A stretch of DNA of 64,000 nt. It comes from a virus (lineage: Duplodnaviria; Caudoviricetes). The stretch spans positions 52,369 through 116,368 of the IMG/VR virus record IMGVR_UViG_3300016744_000005; one strand, 5' to 3'. Shown piece by piece: positions 46,640 to 55,698 of the stretch (position 1 is its first letter; the number at the start of each line of letters is the position of its first letter). The notes beneath the pieces are model-generated. The model saw only the letters and a list, made by a program, of their open reading frames with translations, was not told where the DNA came from and made no database searches. The position numbers and the translations under genes are program-made.

Positions 46640-47281
46640 TTACACTGCAGCAGGAGCTAATACAGCTAAATCAGTCAAATGCTTTTCTACATGTTTCCAG
46701 ACATCTGCCCAGACCTGTTCTACAGGTTGGTTTGCATTGACGCGTTTAACACGATCGGGGTTGCGCAGTGCTTCAGTGCGGAAGCAATCACGTACGCGAC
46801 GGAAAAACTCCAGACCGGATTGTTCAATGCGGTCTAAGTCTTCACGTACCGAAGCACGTTTCAGACCTTCCTCTACTGACACATCCAGATAGATAATCAG
46901 ATCGGGCATTAAATGTTTAGGAATAAATGATTCTAATGCGCTACACTGCTGCATCAAACCACGACCATAACCTTGATAAGCACGTGTAGACAGATAGCTA
47001 CGATCAGATACTACAACTTTACCAGCTTTTAAAGCAGGTGCTACGATATTGTGCAGTGTCTGTTGACGCGCTGCATTGAATAGCAGTAGTTCTGTTTCTG
47101 GTACCACGAGCTCATCGAGTTCATCGGATTTCAACATAGACCGCAGTGCTTCCGCCATCGGTGTAGAACCTGGTTCCCAAACACGCTTGGTAGCGAGATC
47201 GAGTTTTTCCAGATGTCGAATCAGTGCCATGACTTGGGTGGATTTACCACAACCATCAATACCTTCGAATGCTATATACAC
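46640..47281 (-). CDS. tmk: Thymidylate kinase
   Basis: FEGIDGCGKST P-loop, EPG, ELLLFNAARQQ, SDRSYLS..AYQG, PD..IYLD, DRIEQ. Confidence 0.96.
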   Translation of the reverse strand: MYIAFEGIDGCGKSTQVMALIRHLEKLDLATKRVWEPGSTPMAEALRSMLKSDELDELVVPETELLLFNAARQQTLHNIVAPALKAGKVVVSDRSYLSTRAYQGYGRGLMQQCSALESFIPKHLMPDLIIYLDVSVEEGLKRASVREDLDRIEQSGLEFFRRVRDCFRTEALRNPDRVKRVNANQPVEQVWADVWKHVEKHLTDLAVLAPAAV

Positions 47282-47291
47282 GAGTACATCC

Positions 47292-47801
47292 TTACTTTAT
47301 TCTATTTAGTTGATAAACGATATTATATCGTTCAATGGGATAATCGCATTTAATCGACAGTAATTCATACCGTCCATTTTCGATTTTAAATTTGATTACG
47401 CACGCTACTGTACGATCACCTACACATATATCAGCTAACTGTTGAATACATACTAGCTGTGACCATGGGTGGTTAGTAGCAGCTTGATACTGGATCGTCT
47501 GTACCCGATCTTTTAACGTATAGAGTTTACCACTTACTACTACTGAGGTAATCTGTAGATTACGACACTCTACCCGTTTAAGTAAACTACCATAACGACC
47601 ATTAAATAAATCAATCGGTGGGCAGATTACTGCTACATCTTCAACTATCTCACTAACCTCAGTAAAGGTACGGATTAGCCATTGATAATGTAACCAGGGC
47701 CAGAATTTAAACGCTAATATCGTTACCGGTACACTAACTATAGCTGTAAGTGTAAATATGATATCCCAGAGAGGATATCCGGTGGTGTTAGTGACTAACA
47801 T
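47292..47801 (-). CDS. Membrane-anchored hypothetical protein
   Basis: N-terminal TM segment. Confidence 0.65.
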   Translation of the reverse strand: MLVTNTTGYPLWDIIFTLTAIVSVPVTILAFKFWPWLHYQWLIRTFTEVSEIVEDVAVICPPIDLFNGRYGSLLKRVECRNLQITSVVVSGKLYTLKDRVQTIQYQAATNHPWSQLVCIQQLADICVGDRTVACVIKFKIENGRYELLSIKCDYPIERYNIVYQLNRIK

Positions 47802-47837
47802 TATATACCGTCCGTTTTAATGCACCGATCAGCAATA

Positions 47838-48425
47838 TCACTCGTTAATCGGATCTTTGTCATCGCATACGCAGTTATCACAGGTGCAGTCATCAGTAGG
47901 TTCACCTGGTAATTGACTGTAGCTTTGGATCATTTCGGTTTCCAGTGGCTGAGATTTACCGTACCAGAAACTAGTCAGTAATTGGACTTCACCGATCTTA
48001 CCGACCATGACACGATCAGGGTTTGACATCAAATTAGCAGCGAGTTCACCCATATCCAATTGAATGCGCTCCCAAGCGTACTGCATCGCTTCAGTAGCAT
48101 CTGCAGGTACTGACTGCATAGAACAGATACCTTCGATAGTCGCTTGCGCAGAGAGCGTCTCACTGCCACTGGCCAGATACACATACATCACATCTTTAGC
48201 TAATACATCACTAACGATAGTAGCATGAGTAATCGGATAGCGTTGATCGAATGCATAAGTCAGTGTCGAGTCAGTAGTGTCTGTAGTGAACTGTTCGATG
48301 TTCAGTGTACCGTCTTCGTTAACATAATAAAAATGGGTAATCAGTTCGCGCAGTAATACCGAATTCACGATAGTCTCTTGCACTTCTGCAGTTACTTGAT
48401 CATCAAAACGTAATACGAAATACAT
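47838..48425 (-). CDS. Acidic hypothetical protein with C-terminal Cys cluster
   Basis: 195 aa; ends CTCDNCVC; AGGAG RBS. Confidence 0.75.
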   Translation of the reverse strand: MYFVLRFDDQVTAEVQETIVNSVLLRELITHFYYVNEDGTLNIEQFTTDTTDSTLTYAFDQRYPITHATIVSDVLAKDVMYVYLASGSETLSAQATIEGICSMQSVPADATEAMQYAWERIQLDMGELAANLMSNPDRVMVGKIGEVQLLTSFWYGKSQPLETEMIQSYSQLPGEPTDDCTCDNCVCDDKDPINE

Positions 48426-48518
48426 GGGTTACTCCTAAGTAAAGTTTGTCATCAAATATTAAAGACTGTAATTTAAAACCCAGTCAATTTTGTGTACTAA
48501 TTACCGTGAGGTCTATTT

Positions 48519-48911
48519 ATGACCAATGGCGTTTATCTACACTTAAAATTTAAATCTACATTACCGACATCTACAGTAGAATTTATACAAGCATGTATTA
48601 ATTCACCGAAAGATGGGTTAATGTACATTAGTAATTATCGTGACATACCAGAAACATGGTTGACCTTATGGGGTACTCATCCAGAGTGGCCGCAGTGGTA
48701 TGCCCGTACGCTAGCGTTCAATAAAGATGGTACATCTACTTTACAACTAGCTAGTGCTAGTAATTTATCTACGGTACCCATATTGAAATCCTTTATTGAA
48801 TCAGTATTACCATATACTGATTCTACTGGATTAATTGGACTGTTTATTACTAAACCTTGGATAGAGTACCCAAAGTTACTCACTGTGCATAAAGGTAAGA
48901 CTACGCTGTAG
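48519..48911 (+). CDS. Hypothetical protein; lone plus-strand gene in the block
   Basis: 130 aa; GAGG RBS; fills a gap with no competing long ORF. Confidence 0.65.
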   Translation: MTNGVYLHLKFKSTLPTSTVEFIQACINSPKDGLMYISNYRDIPETWLTLWGTHPEWPQWYARTLAFNKDGTSTLQLASASNLSTVPILKSFIESVLPYTDSTGLIGLFITKPWIEYPKLLTVHKGKTTL

Positions 48912-48997
48912 ATATTGCAGTCGCTGGGCAGACCTTACACAAACTACCCCAGATTTAACACTGCTAGAAAAAATAATTCAACTACCACAACTCCTAC

Positions 48998-49022
48998 GCT
49001 AGCTACCTTTAAGGTAGCTAGC
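48998..49022. terminator. Palindrome between convergent genes
   Basis: gctagctacctt-t-aaggtagctagc. Confidence 0.75.
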
Positions 49023-49027
49023 TAGGG

Positions 49028-49351
49028 TTATTTCACGTCAAAGTCACGATTACAGGTACCGCATACATAATGTTCTGCATACGGATTAACACCAGTGAGT
49101 CTAGCAGGTGATTTACACGACGGGCACGGATACGCCTCGTAGTCGATATCCACTGGACAACTGTTGGTATCGCGATAGACCTGATAGTAGTAGTCAAATT
49201 CGATAGGGTGTGTATAGGCCCATTCAAAATGTAACCCACCACACACCGGACAGACTGGATGTGCCGGATCTTGTGGCACAAGATCCATTTCACCTAGGTC
49301 GTATGGCGGATGTTTTAACTGCTTTTGACAAGCAGTACATTTTAAAGTCAT
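49028..49351 (-). CDS. Double zinc-ribbon protein
   Basis: Four CxxC motifs: CTAC, CPVC, CPSC, CGTC. Confidence 0.75.
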   Translation of the reverse strand: MTLKCTACQKQLKHPPYDLGEMDLVPQDPAHPVCPVCGGLHFEWAYTHPIEFDYYYQVYRDTNSCPVDIDYEAYPCPSCKSPARLTGVNPYAEHYVCGTCNRDFDVK

Positions 49352-50053
49352 TCATTGACCCCCCATGTAAGTATCACGACACTCAGCACAGAGCAGCGCA
49401 GCGAATAATGTTTTAGGGATAGTAATCCCACCGTACTGGATATGATCTGCATCGATCGACATTTGATGCAGATCTTTGAGTAGTTCTACTACGCCGTGGT
49501 TATTGGGGCGGTAACTATAATACTGTGCTAATGCAGTAATAGAATTAGAGACCGCTTGACGCACATCTAAGGTCATCGGTTCCTTAGAATCGATCATACT
49601 TAAAATCCGCTGGCAATGCTCTACGATAGGTTGATTAATACCTATCACAGGGTCTTGTGCTAACATCAGTTTAAATAGTATACGAAATGTCGTATTTAAA
49701 CGTTTCCATAATTGAGAGATGTTCCAGACGATGGTATCTGTATTATCACAATCGATTAGTTGATTACCACACATTAGGACATTAGTATCATCATCATGTA
49801 CAAATATCAACACGTCGTCTAGCCAGATATGCCCTGCGTCAAAAGTAATGCCGGTACCTAATAAACACGCTAACCGTGGACACTGGAGCCACAGCTCTCC
49901 GGTTACTCGCTCATTTAATCCAATCTGAGCAGTAGCATCGTCTACTGTGACGATCGTATTGTATTGCGTGTAGCTAAACTCTACTGCTAGCTTTTCAATA
50001 AATGAAATGCAGTAAACAGCTTCAGCATGCCGTTTCTCGACGATTTGCCACAT
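49352..50053 (-). CDS. Hypothetical protein
   Basis: 233 aa; AAGGA RBS. Confidence 0.75.
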   Translation of the reverse strand: MWQIVEKRHAEAVYCISFIEKLAVEFSYTQYNTIVTVDDATAQIGLNERVTGELWLQCPRLACLLGTGITFDAGHIWLDDVLIFVHDDDTNVLMCGNQLIDCDNTDTIVWNISQLWKRLNTTFRILFKLMLAQDPVIGINQPIVEHCQRILSMIDSKEPMTLDVRQAVSNSITALAQYYSYRPNNHGVVELLKDLHQMSIDADHIQYGGITIPKTLFAALLCAECRDTYMGGQ

Positions 50054-50094
50054 AACTAATATCCTTACAAATGTTTTATATAACTATACGTTAA

Positions 50095-50116
50095 GGTAGT
50101 GGTTACCACCACTACC
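50095..50116. terminator. Intergenic hairpin
   Basis: ggtagtggt-tacc-accactacc. Confidence 0.55.
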
Positions 50117-50134
50117 CAGCACACTAATTTAATC

Positions 50135-50215
50135 CTAGTGGCTACAGACATAATAGATTAATCCAATTAAAAAGATTGGAATGCCTATAACTACTAACAT
50201 AGCAATCAATAGCAT
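50135..50215 (-). CDS. 26-aa single-TM microprotein (not in ORF track)
   Basis: MLLIAMLVVIGIPIFLIGLIYYVCSH; GGGAG RBS; fills an operon gap. Confidence 0.55.
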   Translation of the reverse strand: MLLIAMLVVIGIPIFLIGLIYYVCSH

Positions 50216-50229
50216 AGACACTCCCTATA

Positions 50230-50556
50230 TTAGTCAGCTGGGATACCAGGTACCCATCGAGCATAAATTGGGGTATGTAATTCGTCTTTGAGTAAAGTTA
50301 CCATGCCTCTGAACATTGCTACACGACATGCGTCGATTAGTAAGGATTGCTTATTCATATATGCCAACAATTCATCCAGTGCGACAGTGCTCAACAATCG
50401 CCATGGTGATGCGATATAAAATCCTAAACCATCCGGTACTGGCTTGATCCAGTCTGGTAATGCAATATCAATAAATGGTAACTCAATAGCTACCGTACAA
50501 TCTGGTTGTCCAGTAAATGTTTGGATAGTACCAAACTCAATCCGAGGACGCTGCAT
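50230..50556 (-). CDS. Hypothetical protein
   Basis: 108 aa; AAGGAG RBS. Confidence 0.7.
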   Translation of the reverse strand: MQRPRIEFGTIQTFTGQPDCTVAIELPFIDIALPDWIKPVPDGLGFYIASPWRLLSTVALDELLAYMNKQSLLIDACRVAMFRGMVTLLKDELHTPIYARWVPGIPAD

Positions 50557-51055
50557 GTAACACTCCTTTTAATTTATTACGAATCCAGTCTAAATTAACT
50601 GGTTTATAGTCGGTTTGTTCACAGCTGACATTCACATAACGTGGATCGTCGATTATCTGGTCGTGTAAGTGACCGTGTATATTAAACACCCAACGATCTA
50701 AACACTGTGGATGTACTGGTACGTGGGAGATAACCCCCATGACTTTGTCTATACGACACGGTTTAACACTAGACACCTCTTTATACCGCGTAGGCAGCAC
50801 GCAGCGCTCACCGTCATGATTACCCTGCACTAAGTATATGTTACGACAGTTAATCGCATCTAGTGCCGCATATCCCGGTGTACGGATGACGATATCACCT
50901 GCCAGATATAATGAATCGGTAGGGTTTACTACAGCATTGATTTGATCGATAATGTACTGATCGTGTTCCTGCCACGTACTAAACTGTGGTCTAAACCGCA
51001 GTATCGCGTCACCGTGACCGAAATGCGTATCGGCTAAATAATAACGTTGTTGCAT
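50537..51055 (-). CDS. Calcineurin-like metallophosphoesterase
   Basis: DTHFGH, GD, GNHD, SHVP, IHGHLH. Confidence 0.9.
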   Translation of the reverse strand: MQQRYYLADTHFGHGDAILRFRPQFSTWQEHDQYIIDQINAVVNPTDSLYLAGDIVIRTPGYAALDAINCRNIYLVQGNHDGERCVLPTRYKEVSSVKPCRIDKVMGVISHVPVHPQCLDRWVFNIHGHLHDQIIDDPRYVNVSCEQTDYKPVNLDWIRNKLKGVLHAASSD

Positions 51056-51056
51056 A

Positions 51057-51347
51057 CTACCCCCATGGATCTGAGCGGTCTTGATTCATTCTGGCGGACA
51101 GCCAATCATTTCGCTCTACCAGTACTGCTACCCTACCAGTATAGTGTGGGATGCCGTACCAATCTTCACCCCGTTCAATCCAACATACCTCTTTACGAGT
51201 AAAGACATACGCAGGGTTGTGATCATAGATAGCCGCCGCTTTCGGTGTGAGCGCTACTGACATTTTAAAAGGTTGACTGTTGAACATCTTAACAAGCACG
51301 TTTTCACGTGATTGAGTAAATGGTTCTGGGGTATGTACACGTGCCAT
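51057..51347 (-). CDS. Hypothetical protein
   Basis: 96 aa; operon-spaced. Confidence 0.65.
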   Translation of the reverse strand: MARVHTPEPFTQSRENVLVKMFNSQPFKMSVALTPKAAAIYDHNPAYVFTRKEVCWIERGEDWYGIPHYTGRVAVLVERNDWLSARMNQDRSDPWG

Positions 51348-51356
51348 AGTAGTACC

Positions 51357-52208
51357 TTATACTGAGAACGGATAGACGATCGGTAGATGACTTTCGTAGT
51401 TTTCTACTTTAAAATCATCGGTAGTTACCCAGGTTTCCAGATCTTCCAAACTACGGATTTCAGGGTTGATCCAGAGTGTAGGTGATGGGAATGGATCACG
51501 ACTTAGCTGCACATCTTTAAATAAATCAAACTGATCTTCGTAGATGTGGACGTTGACCATGTGATGTGTAGCGATCCCTGGTTTATATCCAGTGAGCTGT
51601 GCCATCAGTGCTAACATTACATAACACTGTACGGCATTGGCCACCGTGCCCAAACAAAAATCGTTGGAACGTTGCATTGAAGTCAAATGCAGCGTGTCAC
51701 CAATTAATGTAAAGTTATGTGTGTGCATGCATGGACGTAAGCAGCCATATTCAAACTCACCTGGATTCCAGAAGGTCAATATCTCGCCACGATCATCGAT
51801 ACCTTTGGACAGATCATCAATGATTTTGGCTAACTGATCTAATTCGGTACCGTCTGGTTTACGCCAATGTCGACCCTGTACCCCATAGACGCGACCCATA
51901 TCGTCCACACCTTTACGATGAGGATTTGCCAGCCACGCATCATTTTCATTAGCATTGGCATCCCAGGTCTTTGCACCAATGGCACGGAATTGAGCAGCAG
52001 AATCATATCCGCGCAGATACCCCAGTAATTCCGCGATAGCGGATTTGTAGTAAGCTTTGCGCGTAGTAATTAATGGGAAAACACCAGCACCTACATCGTA
52101 TTCCATAGTTGCATTTGGGATAGTCAAACAGCGTTTACCAGTGCGTTTATTAGCAATCCACTTACCTTCAGTAATGATACGCTTACCTAAGTCTAAATAT
52201 TGTTTCAT
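51357..52208 (-). CDS. thyA: Thymidylate synthase, 283-aa Vibrio/Pasteurellaceae subtype; start revised to 52208 (MKQYL)
   Basis: [54 protein letters not shown]...N, HIY, YPFSV. Confidence 0.97.
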   Translation of the reverse strand: MKQYLDLGKRIITEGKWIANKRTGKRCLTIPNATMEYDVGAGVFPLITTRKAYYKSAIAELLGYLRGYDSAAQFRAIGAKTWDANANENDAWLANPHRKGVDDMGRVYGVQGRHWRKPDGTELDQLAKIIDDLSKGIDDRGEILTFWNPGEFEYGCLRPCMHTHNFTLIGDTLHLTSMQRSNDFCLGTVANAVQCYVMLALMAQLTGYKPGIATHHMVNVHIYEDQFDLFKDVQLSRDPFPSPTLWINPEIRSLEDLETWVTTDDFKVENYESHLPIVYPFSV

Positions 52209-52225
52209 TGGAATATTACACCTTA

Positions 52226-52408
52226 CTAATTTTGAATGACATAAACTACACATGCGATTAGTATAATACTAACCGCTACTGCATAAAGCGTCAATAGTAC
52301 ACCACGGGCACTATTATCTGGTTCCTTCGGTGGCTTTAATAATGGCGCCAGTGCCATCAAAGTCAACAGGGTCCCTAAACAGAGACCCAATATTAAAACG
52401 GCTACCAT
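52226..52408 (-). CDS. Two-TM small membrane protein
   Basis: 60 aa with two hydrophobic helices. Confidence 0.65.
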   Translation of the reverse strand: MVAVLILGLCLGTLLTLMALAPLLKPPKEPDNSARGVLLTLYAVAVSIILIACVVYVIQN

Positions 52409-52423
52409 GTACCACCCCCTGGT

Positions 52424-52552
52424 CTACTTACTTATTGGTAATACCGGTGTCGCATTACCATTCAAGATAATACAATTAGCACTGGTCTTACAGGCAATTG
52501 AGTACATCTTCGCAGTTTCTAACGCCACGAACTGTTCGGTATTCATGTGCAT
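52424..52552 (-). CDS. 42-aa ORF (not in ORF track)
   Basis: MHMNTEQFVALETAKMYSIACKTSANCIILNGNATPVLPISK; fills an operon gap. Confidence 0.4.
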   Translation of the reverse strand: MHMNTEQFVALETAKMYSIACKTSANCIILNGNATPVLPISK

Positions 52553-52553
52553 T

Positions 52554-52859
52554 TTACCTACATATTCCATATTCGGGTACATCCGGATTATCATCTAAAT
52601 ACCCCCATGGACCCCACCCATCGATTATGACTAACCGACTATGCCACCCGATACGATCATCATAGCGGACAGGACCTAAAATTAAATGAGCTTCAGTAAT
52701 CGTGAAATTAACCCACTCTTTTAAATCCTCATTTAATACAGCCAGTAGCGAGTGCACTGTACGCGGTATAGACTGTTCTGTTTTTAAGGCACTGTCCAAC
52801 GAACCACTGTGATTACGTATACGCATCATCACGAATTGATTTTCTTTAAACTCGAGCAT
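52554..52859 (-). CDS. Hypothetical protein
   Basis: 101 aa; AAGGAG RBS. Confidence 0.7.
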   Translation of the reverse strand: MLEFKENQFVMMRIRNHSGSLDSALKTEQSIPRTVHSLLAVLNEDLKEWVNFTITEAHLILGPVRYDDRIGWHSRLVIIDGWGPWGYLDDNPDVPEYGICR

Positions 52860-52869
52860 AGATTACTCC

Positions 52870-53247
52870 TTAGCTATTGACATCGCCAGCATATAGACCG
52901 ATGTCACGCTTAATGACTTGTGACACTACTTCATCTACCGTTAGTTTTAAGTCACTGCATGCTTTAGAGACGCTACTGTACGTACCGTCTTTACACAATA
53001 GCCACGCGTAACCGCGGTCTAAAACATATTCCATTACCATAGGTACTGCTTGAGCTACTGCACATGTAGTGCCTGGAGCCAGTCCACGCAGTACACCTAC
53101 TTCATACCAAAATACCCGTGGAACGAACAAATCTGCAAATGAAGTATTGGAATGTCGGCTATCCAAATGTGCTAATGTTGCCAGTGTCATTAATGGTGCC
53201 ACATGTGGGTTCTGCGCCATCATTAATCCTAATTCTTTATTAGACAT
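52870..53247 (-). CDS. Hypothetical protein
   Basis: 125 aa; AAGGAG RBS. Confidence 0.7.
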   Translation of the reverse strand: MSNKELGLMMAQNPHVAPLMTLATLAHLDSRHSNTSFADLFVPRVFWYEVGVLRGLAPGTTCAVAQAVPMVMEYVLDRGYAWLLCKDGTYSSVSKACSDLKLTVDEVVSQVIKRDIGLYAGDVNS

Positions 53248-53304
53248 AATCTACTCCTTTTCGTTAACATCAAATGGCATTTACAGTGATTTAAAACACA
53301 CAGC

Positions 53305-53342
53305 ATACCACCCAGTATACCCGTGGGTATACTGGGTGGTAT
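53305..53342 (-). terminator. Palindrome with 18-bp arms
   Basis: ataccacccagtataccc-gt-gggtatactgggtggtat; TATGCTGT overlaps its minus-strand 3' end. Confidence 0.75.
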
Positions 53343-53345
53343 ACG

Positions 53346-53534
53346 CTATCGAAATAAACTATTGACCATGATACAATACACACCACCACCAATACAGCTC
53401 GCTAACACCATTACCCATTCGATACTACGGTAAATAGCATGTGGTACTGGTGTGAAATAACTCGCTATTTCACGTGAGATGGGATGTAATGTACCGAAAC
53501 CTAGTACGATTAATATTACGCCTAATAGCATCAT
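53346..53534 (-). CDS. Two-TM small membrane protein
   Basis: 62 aa; AGGAG RBS; ATGA coupling. Confidence 0.65.
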   Translation of the reverse strand: MMLLGVILIVLGFGTLHPISREIASYFTPVPHAIYRSIEWVMVLASCIGGGVYCIMVNSLFR

Positions 53535-53728
53535 AAACTAGCTCCTATTACGCCAATACCAATAATAGCCGACAGACACATCGACACTATACAAACACCG
53601 CCAATAGTGGCAGTGATTAGATCAACTATAAATGGTGACGGATCGCCACTCCAAGCCAAATCAAAGAACCAGTTAGTTGGATAATAGAGGACCCACGCTA
53701 GTGTGATTAACCCTAAGCCGATTAACAT
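53531..53728 (-). CDS. Two-TM small membrane protein, probable paralogue of 53346-53534
   Basis: 65 aa; similar ML.G...I.L....L.P start. Confidence 0.65.
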   Translation of the reverse strand: MLIGLGLITLAWVLYYPTNWFFDLAWSGDPSPFIVDLITATIGGVCIVSMCLSAIIGIGVIGASL

Positions 53729-54135
53729 GGTTTCCGCTCACAGGTATCCAGTGCCAGGATTTTAGTAATGCGATCATCGTTATCATACAACCCACGAATT
53801 ACCCGATCGAAATACACTGGCATCTTTTTCAACCAATATACATTACCTGACATAATCCGTACTCCACGCAGGGTATCTGCGTAAGTATGTATGTCATGTA
53901 TAGCTACTGTAGCTTTAGACAGCGGTATTTCCATTAAACGTTCTACATCATAGTTTAATAACCCAGTTTCACGTTGTAAGTCTTCCAGGGACTCACCGAA
54001 TAAATGGTTGATCCCTTTCAACACATCCCAGGCCGCCAGCTGATAAAACTCGATCCCGTATTTAGCTTTTAATTCAGCCAGTCGGGCAGGGGATAATCGC
54101 TGTACGGTAAATCCAGCAATACGAACATTAGCCAT
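53722..54135 (-). CDS. Hypothetical protein, local paralogue family
   Basis: 137 aa; KYG N-terminal and I..D C-terminal pattern shared with 54135. Confidence 0.7.
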   Translation of the reverse strand: MANVRIAGFTVQRLSPARLAELKAKYGIEFYQLAAWDVLKGINHLFGESLEDLQRETGLLNYDVERLMEIPLSKATVAIHDIHTYADTLRGVRIMSGNVYWLKKMPVYFDRVIRGLYDNDDRITKILALDTCERKPC

Positions 54136-54560
54136 TACACCACCTCAGTACACCAGTCGATAGAGATTAACTCCTGGAATACGTGTTCACCTGTGGTGTC
54201 TACATAACCCATACCGCGAATACCAAAATACCCTTTAGGTGGAGTACGAATAGGTTGGACATCTGCCCACACTAGAGCGTAGTTACCCACTCGGTTAACT
54301 TTGATTACAGTGTTATGCAGCGCGCTAATCGCTAATGATTGATGGTGACTACGAAAGGCTAGCTGCTTATCATCTGGGTTAGGTGCTTGGTCTACCATAG
54401 CGCGGCGTAGTGGCCACTCTTCTGCGAATTCATCGCGAGGTAATTCGGGATGATGGTAGGTAGCGACTACCTGTACACGTACCCCATACTTACGAGCCAG
54501 GAATTGCTGACGTTCCTGGGTAGTACCAGGTTTTACTAGCACTAGGATAACTTGTGACAT
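54135..54560 (-). CDS. Hypothetical protein, local paralogue family
   Basis: 141 aa; AAGGAG RBS. Confidence 0.7.
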   Translation of the reverse strand: MSQVILVLVKPGTTQERQQFLARKYGVRVQVVATYHHPELPRDEFAEEWPLRRAMVDQAPNPDDKQLAFRSHHQSLAISALHNTVIKVNRVGNYALVWADVQPIRTPPKGYFGIRGMGYVDTTGEHVFQELISIDWCTEVV

Positions 54561-54572
54561 TATTTACTCCTT

Positions 54573-54848
54573 TTAGTGACTGATGGATAATTCGGTGTAG
54601 GGGAATCGCTCTACACCATGCATACTACGGAGTACCTGTAAATGTCGCTGGAGTGACTCAGCAAACTCTGCGTCGATAACCACACCGACATGATCATCCA
54701 AGTCTACCAGCAATACATCCATAACCCGTTTAGCGTGATTAGGACGTAACTCTAATGCTCGCCAATCTGGATGGGTGAGTTTGACCATCCATTCGCCAGC
54801 TGGCCATTCACGAACGATCTTAACGAGATTAAACCAATGGTTCACCAT
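54573..54848 (-). CDS. Hypothetical protein
   Basis: 91 aa; GAGGAG RBS. Confidence 0.7.
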   Translation of the reverse strand: MVNHWFNLVKIVREWPAGEWMVKLTHPDWRALELRPNHAKRVMDVLLVDLDDHVGVVIDAEFAESLQRHLQVLRSMHGVERFPYTELSISH

Positions 54849-55224
54849 CTAACTCCTCCTCGCGGATTAAATCTATCCCAAAGACTGTAGTCAACACTGG
54901 ATAGGATTGATCACTAGAATGTCCCAGTACCATTGTCGGCCAGAGTTGTGCCGCCGGACGTACCAATAACGCCATTACTTCTGGCATGTGGATTCGGATG
55001 TTATACACACCTACTTGGTATTCCTGTGGATTATGACCTACCCATCGCGGTTTATGGCCATGAAACTCAGCTGACCCGACTACCTGTCCATCTAAATAGA
55101 CGTGTAATTCAGTAGGGAGTTTAGTCTCTTCGACCAGAGTGATATTTAACTTATCTGCCCACTGATCTAATTCATCTGATTCACGGGTACCTGCTGGTAC
55201 TAAACCAAAGAACGGTACTAACAT
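54829..55224 (-). CDS. Hypothetical protein, possible member of the same family
   Basis: 131 aa; LVPAGT versus LVKPGT; ends VFGIDL. Confidence 0.65.
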   Translation of the reverse strand: MLVPFFGLVPAGTRESDELDQWADKLNITLVEETKLPTELHVYLDGQVVGSAEFHGHKPRWVGHNPQEYQVGVYNIRIHMPEVMALLVRPAAQLWPTMVLGHSSDQSYPVLTTVFGIDLIREEELDGEPLV

Positions 55225-55225
55225 G

Positions 55226-55654
55226 TTATTTCACCAAGGTTAAAGTGGGTTTACCACGCACACGTGGTGGCATAGTGGTAGTAGATTTTTCAGATACCAA
55301 TGGAGTTTTGCTATCCAAATACTCCTGTACATAACACGGCTCTGGTGCAAATGGTAAGATCGTACCGATCGTTTTAGAGAAGATCTCATTAATCGCACCG
55401 AATGGAATATAGAGCTGACACGGCACGGTATTAAACCGGGTATTAAATGAGATACCGATTTCATCTTGGAAATAGTGCATTACTGCGTCAGGGCGAATAC
55501 ACAGCGTCAGTTTAGGTTGTGCCGTAAACTGCACTGGAATATCTACACCAGGATAATCGGTTTGGATATTGATGTGTGGGTTTAACTGATTATCCACACA
55601 CCAATCGAAAAACGCCTTAAATAAATAGGGACGCATCGGGGTAATATCGTGCAT
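55226..55654 (-). CDS. sspB: ClpXP adaptor SspB homologue
   Basis: RPYLFKAFFDWCVDNQLNPH, ISFNTRF..VP..LYIP..AI; tail RGKPTLTLVK resembles the ClpX-binding XB motif (RPALRVVK). Confidence 0.9.
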   Translation of the reverse strand: MHDITPMRPYLFKAFFDWCVDNQLNPHINIQTDYPGVDIPVQFTAQPKLTLCIRPDAVMHYFQDEIGISFNTRFNTVPCQLYIPFGAINEIFSKTIGTILPFAPEPCYVQEYLDSKTPLVSEKSTTTMPPRVRGKPTLTLVK

Positions 55655-55684
55655 AGTAACTCCATTATTGAATGTAATCCAATA

Positions 55685-55698
55685 GATAATATATGTTT
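55685..55698 (-). promoter_or_regulatory. Early promoter-like variant upstream of sspB
   Basis: AAACATATATTATC. Confidence 0.45.

Noticed and set aside
51357-52208. ThyA as a base-modifying hydroxymethylase
   Set aside because: It is colinear with ordinary bacterial ThyA, keeps the dUMP-specifying Asn and co-occurs with DHFR
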